This document shows, one piece after another, positions 18,543 to 26,552 of a DNA stretch of 61,683 nt. The stretch lies in contig JACQDT010000026.1 in assembly GCA_016200965.1 (NCBI GenBank), positions 1-61,683 on the forward strand, in the 5' to 3' direction. Made by a program: the position numbers and the translations under genes. This DNA comes from Candidatus Azambacteria bacterium. GTDB lineage: Bacteria; Patescibacteriota; Minisyncoccia; GWC2-36-17; WO2-46-25. Under the pieces are notes generated by a model. That model saw only the letters and a list, made by a program, of their open reading frames with translations, was not told where the DNA came from and searched no databases. How positions within the stretch are numbered: the stretch's first letter is position 1; each line of letters opens with the position of its first letter.

Positions 18543-19904
18543 TCACAACTCAAACGAATCGTTCGCGCGCGGGACTACGGCGTCCACGGCAAATTCGTCT
18601 TTCACTTTCTGCGCGAGCACCTGGGCGGATTCTTCTTCGCCTTGCACCACGAATAATTTTTTCAGCGAGAGCCGCATCGGCTCTATCCATTCCATCAATT
18701 TCTTTTGGTCCGCGTGCGCCGAGTAGCCGGAAATCTGGATCACGCGCGCCCTCACCTGCACCTGGGCCCCCGCGATCTTGACCGTCTGCTCGCCGTCAAG
18801 CAAGCGCCGCCCGAGCGACCCTTTTACCTGATAGCCGATGATAAGCAATGTGTTTTTCGGGTCGGACAAATACAGTTTTTCATGATACACAATTCTCCCG
18901 CCCTGCGACATGCCGGATCCGGCAAGAATGATTTTTGGCGGCGGCACCGCGTTAATCGCTTTTGAGTCCTCCACCGTCGGCGTAAATTTCAAGCCGGGGA
19001 AATTGAAAATCTCGTCGCCCGATTTCACCAGTGTGGCCGCCTCGCTGTCGTAAAACGAAACGTGTTTTTTATACAACTGGGTGATTTTGATGGCAAGCGG
19101 CGAGTCAATGAACACCGGCACGCGCGGAATCCTGCCGTGTTCCACCAGTTCGTTGAGTTCGTATAAAAGTTCCTGCGTGCGCTCGGCGGCAAAAGACGGG
19201 ATCATCAAGGTCCCGCCTTTGGCAATCGTTTCTTCAATGATGTCTTCCAATGTGTCCTTGCGCGCGCGCGTCACCTCGTGCAGTTTGTTCCCATACGTTG
19301 ATTCAATCACCGCGAAATCCGCTTCTTTTTCTTTATGCATGTCCCGCAACAAAGGCGCGGGAGAATTGCCAAGGTCCCCTGAAAACACTATTTTCGTCGT
19401 GGCTCCGTTTTGCTTCACGAACAGTTCAACCATGGCGGACCCAAGTATATGCTCCGCCTCATACAGCCGATACGACACGTCTTGCGACAGTTCCGTCATC
19501 ACGCCATAGGGCGTCGGCTTGGTCAGCGAAAACACATGCGCCACGTCTTGGGCAGAGTAAAACGGCTCTATCCCCTCCCACCTGGCTTCGTGTTTGATGA
19601 CGCGCTCGGAGTCAAACAGCATTTCCCTTGCAAAATCGATCGTCGGCTCCGTCGCGTAAATGACTCCGCGAAATCCGTCGCGGTACAGTTTCGGCAAACG
19701 CCCGACATGGTCAATATGCGCGTGCGTGATAAACACCGCCTGGACGGTCTTTGGGTCAAAAGGAAACGGGTCGTAGTTGAGCGACTCGGCAAAGCGGGAC
19801 CCCTGGAACATCCCGCAGTCAACCAACAGTTTCGTATGTTCGGTTTCAAGCAGATAGCACGCGCCGGTAACGGACTGCGCGCCGCCGCAAAAAGTAAGTT
19901 TCAT
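18543..19904 (-). CDS. MBL-fold beta-CASP ribonuclease (CPSF/RNase J-like)
   Basis: 453 aa. GGAQSVTGACYLLE, the metallo-beta-lactamase motif ITHAHIDHVGRLP, and a beta-CASP-length insert. Confidence 0.85.
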   Translation of the reverse strand: MKLTFCGGAQSVTGACYLLETEHTKLLVDCGMFQGSRFAESLNYDPFPFDPKTVQAVFITHAHIDHVGRLPKLYRDGFRGVIYATEPTIDFAREMLFDSERVIKHEARWEGIEPFYSAQDVAHVFSLTKPTPYGVMTELSQDVSYRLYEAEHILGSAMVELFVKQNGATTKIVFSGDLGNSPAPLLRDMHKEKEADFAVIESTYGNKLHEVTRARKDTLEDIIEETIAKGGTLMIPSFAAERTQELLYELNELVEHGRIPRVPVFIDSPLAIKITQLYKKHVSFYDSEAATLVKSGDEIFNFPGLKFTPTVEDSKAINAVPPPKIILAGSGMSQGGRIVYHEKLYLSDPKNTLLIIGYQVKGSLGRRLLDGEQTVKIAGAQVQVRARVIQISGYSAHADQKKLMEWIEPMRLSLKKLFVVQGEEESAQVLAQKVKDEFAVDAVVPRANDSFEL

Positions 19905-21178
19905 ACAATAAGCAATTTCTCAAACGGCTTCGCGTCTGTAAACGGTCCGATGACGGCAAGGTTAAGTTTTTCTGTTTTAAATATTTCTTTGGCAACCCGC
20001 TGAATATCCGCCGCAGTCACTTTTTTGATGTGCGCGATGTATTGTTCGGGCGTCTCTATCTTTCCGCGCGATATTTCCGAAGCGCCCGCTCCCATTGCTA
20101 TGGAATCCGATGATTCAAGATGCAAACTCAACGAACCCTCAATGTGGCTTTTCGCATCATTGATTTCTTTTTGAGGGATACGCCCCGTTGTCGTTTTTTT
20201 GAATTCTTTTAAAATAGTAGTAAGCCCCAGTGCGACATTTTTCAAGCTCAAGCCCGCGTGCGCCGCGAAATATCCCGTGTCTTCGTGATGCCCCGTGTCG
20301 GAGCCGACATAATACGCGAGCCCGAGGCGGTCTCTGACGGACACGACCAAGCGGGAGCTGAAATAACCCCCCAGTATCGCCGAAAGCACCTCAAGCGCGT
20401 ATCTTTTTTTATCGTAGAGCGAATATGCTTTGACGCCCATGACGATGTGCGCCTGATCTATTTTTTTGTACGCCACGCGCACTCCCGCCTTCTGTTGGGT
20501 ATCAACAAACGGCGCGTATGCCGATGGATTTCCCTTTCCAACTCCCGCGAAATATTTCTTTATTTTCGCTTCTGTTTTTGTGCCGTCAATGTCTCCGGCG
20601 ATCACCACCACCGTGTTGGGCGCCACATAAAACTGCTCGCGATATTTCAAAAAGTTGTCCCGCTTCAAAGACAATACGGTCTTGATCGGCCCCGCGATGG
20701 GCCACCCCAAAGAACTCTCCGGATACAACAGTCCGTAAAAATCGTCCGACACCTGCCTCTGGGGAGCGTCTTTGTACATATTGATTTCCTCCACCACCAC
20801 GCGCCGCTCTTTTTCGATGTCGCCCGGCCGGAACAGAGCATTCAGATACATGTCGGAAAGAATGTCCAGAGACAAATCGAGATATTTTGAATCCGTCTTG
20901 ACGTAGTACGCCGTGTGATCGTGGGAAGTGAACGCGTTGCTCGCCGCGCCGATGCGGTCAAGTTCGCGCTTGGCGGAAACATACTCGGGGCGCTTTTTCG
21001 TCCCCTGGAAAAACAAATGCTCCAGCACGTGCGAAATGCCGTTTTCCTCTTTGCGTTCATAGCGCGACCCCGTTTTGACGAACACGATGGAAGTAACCGT
21101 GGACGTATTTTTCATCGGCACGGTGATAACCCGAAGACCGTTGGGCAATACTGTTTTTCTGTAATGGAGTTTGGTCAT
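19901..21178 (-). CDS. M16 family (insulinase-like) zinc peptidase
   Basis: Inverted zinc motif HVLEHLFFQGT. Start set at ATG 21178 (MTKLHYRKTVLPNGLRVITVP). The upstream 43 codons of the tracked ORF cover a terminator hairpin. Confidence 0.85.
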   Translation of the reverse strand: MTKLHYRKTVLPNGLRVITVPMKNTSTVTSIVFVKTGSRYERKEENGISHVLEHLFFQGTKKRPEYVSAKRELDRIGAASNAFTSHDHTAYYVKTDSKYLDLSLDILSDMYLNALFRPGDIEKERRVVVEEINMYKDAPQRQVSDDFYGLLYPESSLGWPIAGPIKTVLSLKRDNFLKYREQFYVAPNTVVVIAGDIDGTKTEAKIKKYFAGVGKGNPSAYAPFVDTQQKAGVRVAYKKIDQAHIVMGVKAYSLYDKKRYALEVLSAILGGYFSSRLVVSVRDRLGLAYYVGSDTGHHEDTGYFAAHAGLSLKNVALGLTTILKEFKKTTTGRIPQKEINDAKSHIEGSLSLHLESSDSIAMGAGASEISRGKIETPEQYIAHIKKVTAADIQRVAKEIFKTEKLNLAVIGPFTDAKPFEKLLIV

Positions 21179-21217
21179 AAAAGATAAAGACAGTGTATCG
21201 TAAAAATAAAGATTGTT

Positions 21218-21261
21218 CAAACAAAAAGAAGTGCCCTGCGCATCAGAGATGCACAGGGCAC
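21218..21261 (-). terminator. Intrinsic terminator of the 194-aa orphan gene
   Basis: 21231-21244 gtgccctgcgcatc pairs with 21248-21261 gatgcacagggcac (14 positions, one mismatch, 3-nt loop). On the minus strand it is followed by uucuuuuugu. Confidence 0.7.
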
Positions 21262-21303
21262 AATTTGAGGGTTCAAGATCCCAAGGGTCAATTTCCCAAG
21301 GGT

Positions 21304-21888
21304 TCAAGAACCAGAGGACTTGCGAACGGCAAGGAAACGGCAGTGGGCATGCCAGTCATGGTCCCACCAACCGAGGTCGAGGTCCCGCCGCGACCCGTAC
21401 CTGAGGAGGTACAGCACACTGCGGAAGCCGTGGACCTTCGCAAAAGAACCAAGAGCAACAACTGTGTCTTTCCCGTTCCATCCATCCCACAACAGAAGCT
21501 CGTGTGAGTTGGCGGGCTCGTAGCCCTCCGCTCTCATGCGCTTTACTGCTTCTTTGGAAGAGACGCTCTCTTCGAAGGGGAACTCCTTGTAGTCGTTCCA
21601 CAGGCGATCGGGGGCGGGAAACCGATTGTCGGTGATGTCTGGGTTAACCCAGTCAAAGTTGCGGGCTTTGATGAGCTCAGAGAGCGAGGCGCGCGCGGAT
21701 TTCACTATATTGACGATAACGCGCCCGCCGTTTTTGAGAAAGGCGGTAAACCGATCACCGAATTCCTCCGGCGTCAGATTGATGACTTCTTTCTGGAGAT
21801 GGTCTCCGTCCAGATCATCCCAGTTGACCTGCGTCCCTACGCGGGCCGCGACTTGCAGAGCTTGACCGCGAGATACGGCTTTACTCAT
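21304..21888 (-). CDS. Hypothetical protein (194 aa), stand-alone transcription unit
   Basis: GGGAGG lies 7 nt upstream of the ATG. It has its own promoter-like boxes and terminator. I recognise no motif (C-terminus ...[23 protein letters not shown]). Confidence 0.65.
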   Translation of the reverse strand: MSKAVSRGQALQVAARVGTQVNWDDLDGDHLQKEVINLTPEEFGDRFTAFLKNGGRVIVNIVKSARASLSELIKARNFDWVNPDITDNRFPAPDRLWNDYKEFPFEESVSSKEAVKRMRAEGYEPANSHELLLWDGWNGKDTVVALGSFAKVHGFRSVLYLLRYGSRRDLDLGWWDHDWHAHCRFLAVRKSSGS

Positions 21889-21983
21889 TGTCGTTCCTCC
21901 CTGTTGTGGCTTGACCCTTTTTCTTACCCTATGTAAGATGCGGGGCTTTTGCCGTTGTTTGCAAAGATCAGTTTAACTTATAT

Positions 21984-22012
21984 ACAGTATCACAAATAAC
22001 TTTAAGTGTCAA
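21984..22012 (-). promoter_or_regulatory. Sigma70-like promoter candidate for the orphan gene
   Basis: Minus strand reads TTGACA (22012-22007), a 17-nt spacer ending in TGA, then TACTGT (21989-21984), i.e. an extended -10 form. Confidence 0.45.
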
Positions 22013-22047
22013 TAGCTAAAAATAGCTCAACAGAGCTACTAATATAT

Positions 22048-22419
22048 CTATCTGCGATTTTCAAGAAGCGCAACCCGCCGTTCCAACGCAGCAAACTCTT
22101 CAATGTCAACCTTCTTTTTAAACGAGTGCTTGATAAATTCAATGTCGGTTTTGACGATTTCCATATCGGCCTTCGTCGCTTGAATATCGGTCTTCATGAT
22201 TTCCATGTTTTCTCTTATGGATCCTATCATTTCTGTATGCGACACGAGAGTTTCTTTCATGTTCTGAATATCCCCTTTCATACCGTGGATATCCTTTTTA
22301 ACGTCACCGTACTGCTCCGCGACAAGTTTCACGTTATCGTTGACCTGCTCAATCACAACGCCTAAATGCCTGACATCCTGCTGAATGGTTGCGTTCTTCT
22401 TTTTTGGTTTCGTTTTCAT
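22048..22419 (-). CDS. Hypothetical coiled-coil protein with internal MKxDIQ-type repeats
   Basis: 123 aa. Repeated DIHGMKGDIQNMKE / MEIMKTDIQATKADMEIVKTDIEFIK. Basic N-terminus. Confidence 0.6.
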   Translation of the reverse strand: MKTKPKKKNATIQQDVRHLGVVIEQVNDNVKLVAEQYGDVKKDIHGMKGDIQNMKETLVSHTEMIGSIRENMEIMKTDIQATKADMEIVKTDIEFIKHSFKKKVDIEEFAALERRVALLENRR

Positions 22420-22429
22420 AATGCCTATA

Positions 22430-23734
22430 TTACACCTCCCCTAATTTTCCTGCAATATGCGATGCCAGCTCGGTAGCTTTGATGCGCTCTTGCTTGAGCG
22501 TATCGCGGTCACGCACGGTGACGGTGTTGTCTTCAAGCGTTTGAAAATCCACCGTCACGCACCACGGCGTGCCGATTTCATCCTGCGCAAAATAACGCTT
22601 GCCGATATTGCCCCGGTGATCCCATGCGACGGCAAAATGCATTTTGAGCGCGGAATGGATCTCTTTCGCTTTCGCGACCAGTTCGGGTTTGTTGGCAAGG
22701 AGCGGGAACACCGCAGCCTTGTACGGCGCCAGATGCGGCCTGAGCTTCAGGACGACTCTTCCCTCTTCTTCGGCATAGGCGTCGCACAACACCGCAAGCA
22801 CGGAACGATCCACGCCCCACGTCGGTTCAATGACGTGCGGATAAAACAACTCGTTCGTTTCCGCGTCGCGATACGGCGGTGCTTCTTTGAAATGATTTTT
22901 CAAGTCAAAATCGCCGCGGTACGCCAAACCGTACAATTCTTTTGTGCCGAACGGATAATCGTATTCAAAATCAATCGTGCGCTTGGAGTAATGCGCGCGT
23001 TTCCCATCGGGCACCTCAAGCTCGTGGATATGTTCCTTTTTTAGCCCCAGCGTGTCGGTCATCCACGACCACATTTGACTCCGCCACTCTTCAAACGACT
23101 CTTTCCAGTCAGCTTCTCTGACGAAATACTCTATTTCCATCTGTTCAAATTCGCGCGTGCGAAAAATAAAATTGCCTGGCGTGATCTCGTTGCGAAACGC
23201 CTTGCCTATCTGCGCGATGCCGAACGGCAATTTCTTGCGAGTGGTATCAAGCACCTGTTTGAAATCCACGAACATCGCCTGCGCCGTCTCGGGGCGGAAA
23301 TACGCGACATTGGCCTGTTCCTCTGCGGAACCCAGAAACGTCTTAAGCATCAGGTTAAACTGTTTTGGATTGGTCCACCTCCCCTTTTTTCCGCACGTAG
23401 GACAAACAACATCCTCACTCATATGGGCAAAACGAAAACGGTCATGGCAATTTTTACACTCTATAAGCGGATCACTGAAATTTTCCAAATGCCTACTTGC
23501 CTCCCACACTTTCGGATTCATGATAAGTGCGGCGTCAATACCTGTCATATCATCTCTCTGATGCACGAAACGCTTCCACCACAATTGTTTGATGTTATTT
23601 TTCAGCTCCGTGCCAAGCGGTCCGTAGTCCCACGAGTTGGCGAGGCCGCCGTAGATCTCGGACCCGGGATACACGAACCCCCGGCGCTTGGCCAAAGACA
23701 CGATATCTTCCATTGTTGGTTTTTGAGTATTCAT
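22430..23734 (-). CDS. glyQS: Glycine--tRNA ligase (dimeric class II type)
   Basis: 434 aa. MEDIVSLAKRRGFVYPGSEIYGGLANSWDYGPLG and class II motifs. Confidence 0.95.
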   Translation of the reverse strand: MNTQKPTMEDIVSLAKRRGFVYPGSEIYGGLANSWDYGPLGTELKNNIKQLWWKRFVHQRDDMTGIDAALIMNPKVWEASRHLENFSDPLIECKNCHDRFRFAHMSEDVVCPTCGKKGRWTNPKQFNLMLKTFLGSAEEQANVAYFRPETAQAMFVDFKQVLDTTRKKLPFGIAQIGKAFRNEITPGNFIFRTREFEQMEIEYFVREADWKESFEEWRSQMWSWMTDTLGLKKEHIHELEVPDGKRAHYSKRTIDFEYDYPFGTKELYGLAYRGDFDLKNHFKEAPPYRDAETNELFYPHVIEPTWGVDRSVLAVLCDAYAEEEGRVVLKLRPHLAPYKAAVFPLLANKPELVAKAKEIHSALKMHFAVAWDHRGNIGKRYFAQDEIGTPWCVTVDFQTLEDNTVTVRDRDTLKQERIKATELASHIAGKLGEV

Positions 23735-23751
23735 GGATTAATATTGCGTGC

Positions 23752-24074
23752 ATCTGCCGTAAACCATTCGCATGAAAAGACGCTCGTCGGTTCCCCCGGC
23801 GAGGAAACCGCGCTTGACCTCGGCCTCGCTCGTCCGCCCCATGCGTCGGTCAGGAAATCTTCGGAGCAGGCGAGCTGGGTGGTTTTGGTACAATGTGCGC
23901 GAAGCGACCAAAACCTCGCCGTCAGCGGAGAAAAGCCCGGTCGCCGCTGGAGCGGCCGGGCGGATTGACGGACCGACGCATGGGGCGGACACCCTGCCCG
24001 CCAGTTCGGCCCTGAGCTCACTGCCGAAGGGTCGGCCTCCGCACACTTTTCTTAACGAATGGTTTACGGCAGAT
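23752..24074. ncRNA. GC-rich, highly structured 323-nt non-coding element of unknown class (structured RNA or MITE-like insertion)
   Basis: A perfect 19-bp terminal stem (23752-23770 with 24056-24074) and a perfect 20-bp internal stem (23832-23851 with 23971-23990). Further helices: gaaaag/cuuuuc, 9-bp gguuuuggu/accaaaacc, 9-bp cccggucgc/gcggccggg, cgucgg/ccggcg. The overlapping ORFs look non-protein-like. Confidence 0.55.
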
Positions 24075-24102
24075 ATAATGTATAACATGCGTAATCTATT
24101 AT

Positions 24103-25983
24103 TTATTGCGAAATCCTTCCCTCGTCCCCTTTGAGCGAATTAAGAAGGTCGGTGTTCACGAGCGGAACCTGCCGCTCTATTTTAAGCCCGGTGAACGTAT
24201 CGGTTCCTTTCAACGCGGCTCCCGACGCTAAATTCACCACCTGCCCCACATGCACGAGCGCAGGAACAAACGCGACCTGAAAATCAACCCGCGCGGCGGG
24301 GGTAAGCAGTCCCGTTCCCGCAAATACCGTTCCCGGCTTCCACGTCACGACGCCCGAAGTCGCGTCATAGGTAATAGGGGCGCCTTCCGGATAGACCGCT
24401 CCGGTCCATTCGACGTTGGGGGGAATGACCGCGCTCACTTCAACGTCGCCGACGTCGTTGACCGTGTTGGACAACTGCCAGGACACCGCGAATGTTGTCC
24501 GCTCCCCCACTTTGGGCGGAAGCGGCCCGGTGTTTTGCAAAAGGCCGTCGCGCCAATACGCTTTCTCATTGAACGAGAACTGCGTGTTGATCTTCACTTC
24601 GAGCTTGTCTTCGCTTTCAATGGGAAGCCCGCTTAATCCTTCGGGGGGGATCGAGGAAGTGATTTTCACCACGGACGCCACAGTAAGATTTTTATCGGAA
24701 AAGTTTTTGGGAAGAAACGCCGGCTTCAGATTCACGGAAAAAGAAACCTGCCCTTCTTCCTTGGGATCCAAAATGGAAAGGTCGTGCACCCCCACCGCGT
24801 TCCAAATGACAGAATTAGTTCTTCCGTCAAATGATCCCCACTGCACGTTCAGCGTACGCACATCAATATACGTTTCATCTATTTTTGCGATTATGACGAC
24901 GTTGGGAATTTGCACGTTGGTGGTGTTTTTGTATCTTATTTTATACTGCAGAGCGGCGCCGGGATTGGCCGAAAAATCGCGTGAGTCATTCACCGTCTGG
25001 AACACGAACAAAGCGGAAGACGCGATTGCCACGTCGCTTGACGCGCTCGCGTATTGCACGAATTCTTCTCCGGCATCGGGCGCTCCTATTTCAAAAAAGA
25101 GCGATTTGCTTTCCCCCTGCACGCCGGAGAAACTTCCTTTGATCGCGATGGTCCCGCTTTCTCTTCCTTTTACGGCGTTGAGCTCCCACACATTATTTTC
25201 TGAGCCGGATGGCGCGGGAACTGCGGAAACGAAATGAAAGCCGGACGGATAGGTCGCCTTCAGCGTGATATAGCTGAACTCGGCGTCCGATTGGTTCACA
25301 TACTCAAGCGCAATGTCCAGATCCTTTTCCGACACCACTTGGGCGGGCACGTTCAAATTGAGCGCGAAAGGCGTGGACACTATCGTGAAAGAAAATGTTT
25401 TCTTGTCTTCAAACGGCGAAGAAAATCCCTCCGGCACGTAACGAAACACGGACTCGACGCTTTTGACCGAATCGCGCGACCCGAACACCCTGCCGCGGAA
25501 TGTCGCGCTTTTTTCCTGGCTCGGAAGCACGGTGCCGATGTCTGCTTTCATTTTCCTTCCCCCTTCAAGCACCACGCCCGCATCCGAAGAAAGAGTTCCC
25601 TCCGGCCACGTGAACAAGATTTGCGCGTCGCGGAGCGACGCCTTGGTATTATTGCGATACGTGACTGAAAATGAAATTTCCTCGCCCGCACCGATGCGCT
25701 CGGAACCGGTGATCCCTCCTTGTACGTCTTTGGTGCGGAACGGTTCCGCGGAGAAATACAAAAAATATCCCCACGTCACCACGCCCGCAACGCACAACAG
25801 CAAAAACGGAATCTTCAGATTCCTCGTTGCGGTGCGCGAAGCGGATGCCTTCAGCGTCTCTTCATCCCATCCTTCCTTTACGATTTTGGCGTCTTCCTCT
25901 TTGTATACTTCGTATCCTTTTTGCTTTTTTGCCTCCTCGCCGCGTTTATACAGTTTTTTCTCAAAATCTTCGAGTTTGTTCAT
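24103..25983 (-). CDS. Hypothetical membrane-anchored surface protein with repeated beta-sandwich-like (DUF11/CARDB-like) segments
   Basis: 626 aa. Charged N-terminus and one TM helix (IPFLLLCVAGVVTWGYFLYF), then a long Ser/Thr/Val/Asn-rich extracellular region with recurring ...F.V.Y.N... blocks. Confidence 0.55.
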   Translation of the reverse strand: MNKLEDFEKKLYKRGEEAKKQKGYEVYKEEDAKIVKEGWDEETLKASASRTATRNLKIPFLLLCVAGVVTWGYFLYFSAEPFRTKDVQGGITGSERIGAGEEISFSVTYRNNTKASLRDAQILFTWPEGTLSSDAGVVLEGGRKMKADIGTVLPSQEKSATFRGRVFGSRDSVKSVESVFRYVPEGFSSPFEDKKTFSFTIVSTPFALNLNVPAQVVSEKDLDIALEYVNQSDAEFSYITLKATYPSGFHFVSAVPAPSGSENNVWELNAVKGRESGTIAIKGSFSGVQGESKSLFFEIGAPDAGEEFVQYASASSDVAIASSALFVFQTVNDSRDFSANPGAALQYKIRYKNTTNVQIPNVVIIAKIDETYIDVRTLNVQWGSFDGRTNSVIWNAVGVHDLSILDPKEEGQVSFSVNLKPAFLPKNFSDKNLTVASVVKITSSIPPEGLSGLPIESEDKLEVKINTQFSFNEKAYWRDGLLQNTGPLPPKVGERTTFAVSWQLSNTVNDVGDVEVSAVIPPNVEWTGAVYPEGAPITYDATSGVVTWKPGTVFAGTGLLTPAARVDFQVAFVPALVHVGQVVNLASGAALKGTDTFTGLKIERQVPLVNTDLLNSLKGDEGRISQ

Positions 25984-26552
25984 TACACCTTACTGTAAAT
26001 ATTCGCGAAATGCCGCTCAAACGCATCCGCCATTTTATCAAGATCGCCTTCCGAAAGCACCACGCGCTGGCTGTCGAATGTCCGCACGATCGTTTTGTCC
26101 TCCGGCTCATACCCCAGCGCGCTTAAGAACTTAAATTCGAAATAGCGCAAAAAAAACTTCAGCTCCAGCGGCTTGAGTTCTTTTCGATTGAGATAATCGA
26201 ACGCTCCCACGACCAGATGGAATATGTCCTCGTCTTTTTCTTCAAACAGCGTGAACACGTCGATGAGCCGCGCCACATGCCGCGCCGCCTGCATCTTCTC
26301 CGTATCTTTCTTGAGCGTTGAAAAATGCTCTATCTCGCGGGCGGAAGTAAGCACCTTGTGCCGCACGCCAAGCACGAAAGCCACCTCGGAAAGATAAAAA
26401 AGCCCCGTATGTCCGGCGAGCTTCGCATCGGACCTGCGTATCCCGCGGGCGACCAATTCTATCTTGCCGTATTTCTTCGTATACAGCGTCAAAAACTGAT
26501 CGTGTTCCCCTTTGTTTTGCCGCTTGATAATGAGGCCTGTGGAAGCGCGCAT
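25983..26552 (-). CDS. recO: DNA repair protein RecO
   Basis: 189 aa. GLIIKRQNKGEHDQFLTLYTKKYGKIELVARGIRRSDAKLAGH is an OB-fold N-terminus typical of RecO. Confidence 0.8.
   Translation of the reverse strand: MRASTGLIIKRQNKGEHDQFLTLYTKKYGKIELVARGIRRSDAKLAGHTGLFYLSEVAFVLGVRHKVLTSAREIEHFSTLKKDTEKMQAARHVARLIDVFTLFEEKDEDIFHLVVGAFDYLNRKELKPLELKFFLRYFEFKFLSALGYEPEDKTIVRTFDSQRVVLSEGDLDKMADAFERHFANIYSKV

Noticed and set aside
21269-21309. GGGTTCAAGATCCC read as a tRNA T-arm or tRNA fragment (possible att site)
   Set aside because: Only a 3-4-bp stem is possible, and no acceptor, D or anticodon arms can be drawn around it. I report it only as a permuted direct repeat in the 3' UTR of the orphan gene. 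The 9-bp inverted repeat TTGACCCTT flanking that gene (21283-21291 and 21911-21919) is short enough to be chance.
23752-24074. Identity of the structured element as RNase P RNA, SRP RNA, a T-box leader of glyQS, 6S RNA or a glycine/cobalamin riboswitch
   Set aside because: Neither strand contains GAGGAAAGUCC plus ACAGAA..GGCUUA (RNase P), GGAAGCAGCC-type domain IV (SRP), or GGGUGGUACCGCG (T-box). Near-matches (GAGGAAACCGCGC, GUCAGGAAAUCUUCGGAGCAGG, GGGUGGUUUUGGUAC) are in the wrong position or strand, or cannot form the required helices. It is therefore left as unknown.
23738-24134. Overlapping ORFs of 96-120 codons on both strands (23731-24021, 23738-24088, 23772-24134) inside the GC-rich element
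   Set aside because: The translations are Arg/Pro/Ala/Ser-rich with no hydrophobic periodicity. The ORFs overlap each other in several frames, as expected for GC-rich non-coding sequence. The region is dominated by long perfect inverted repeats.
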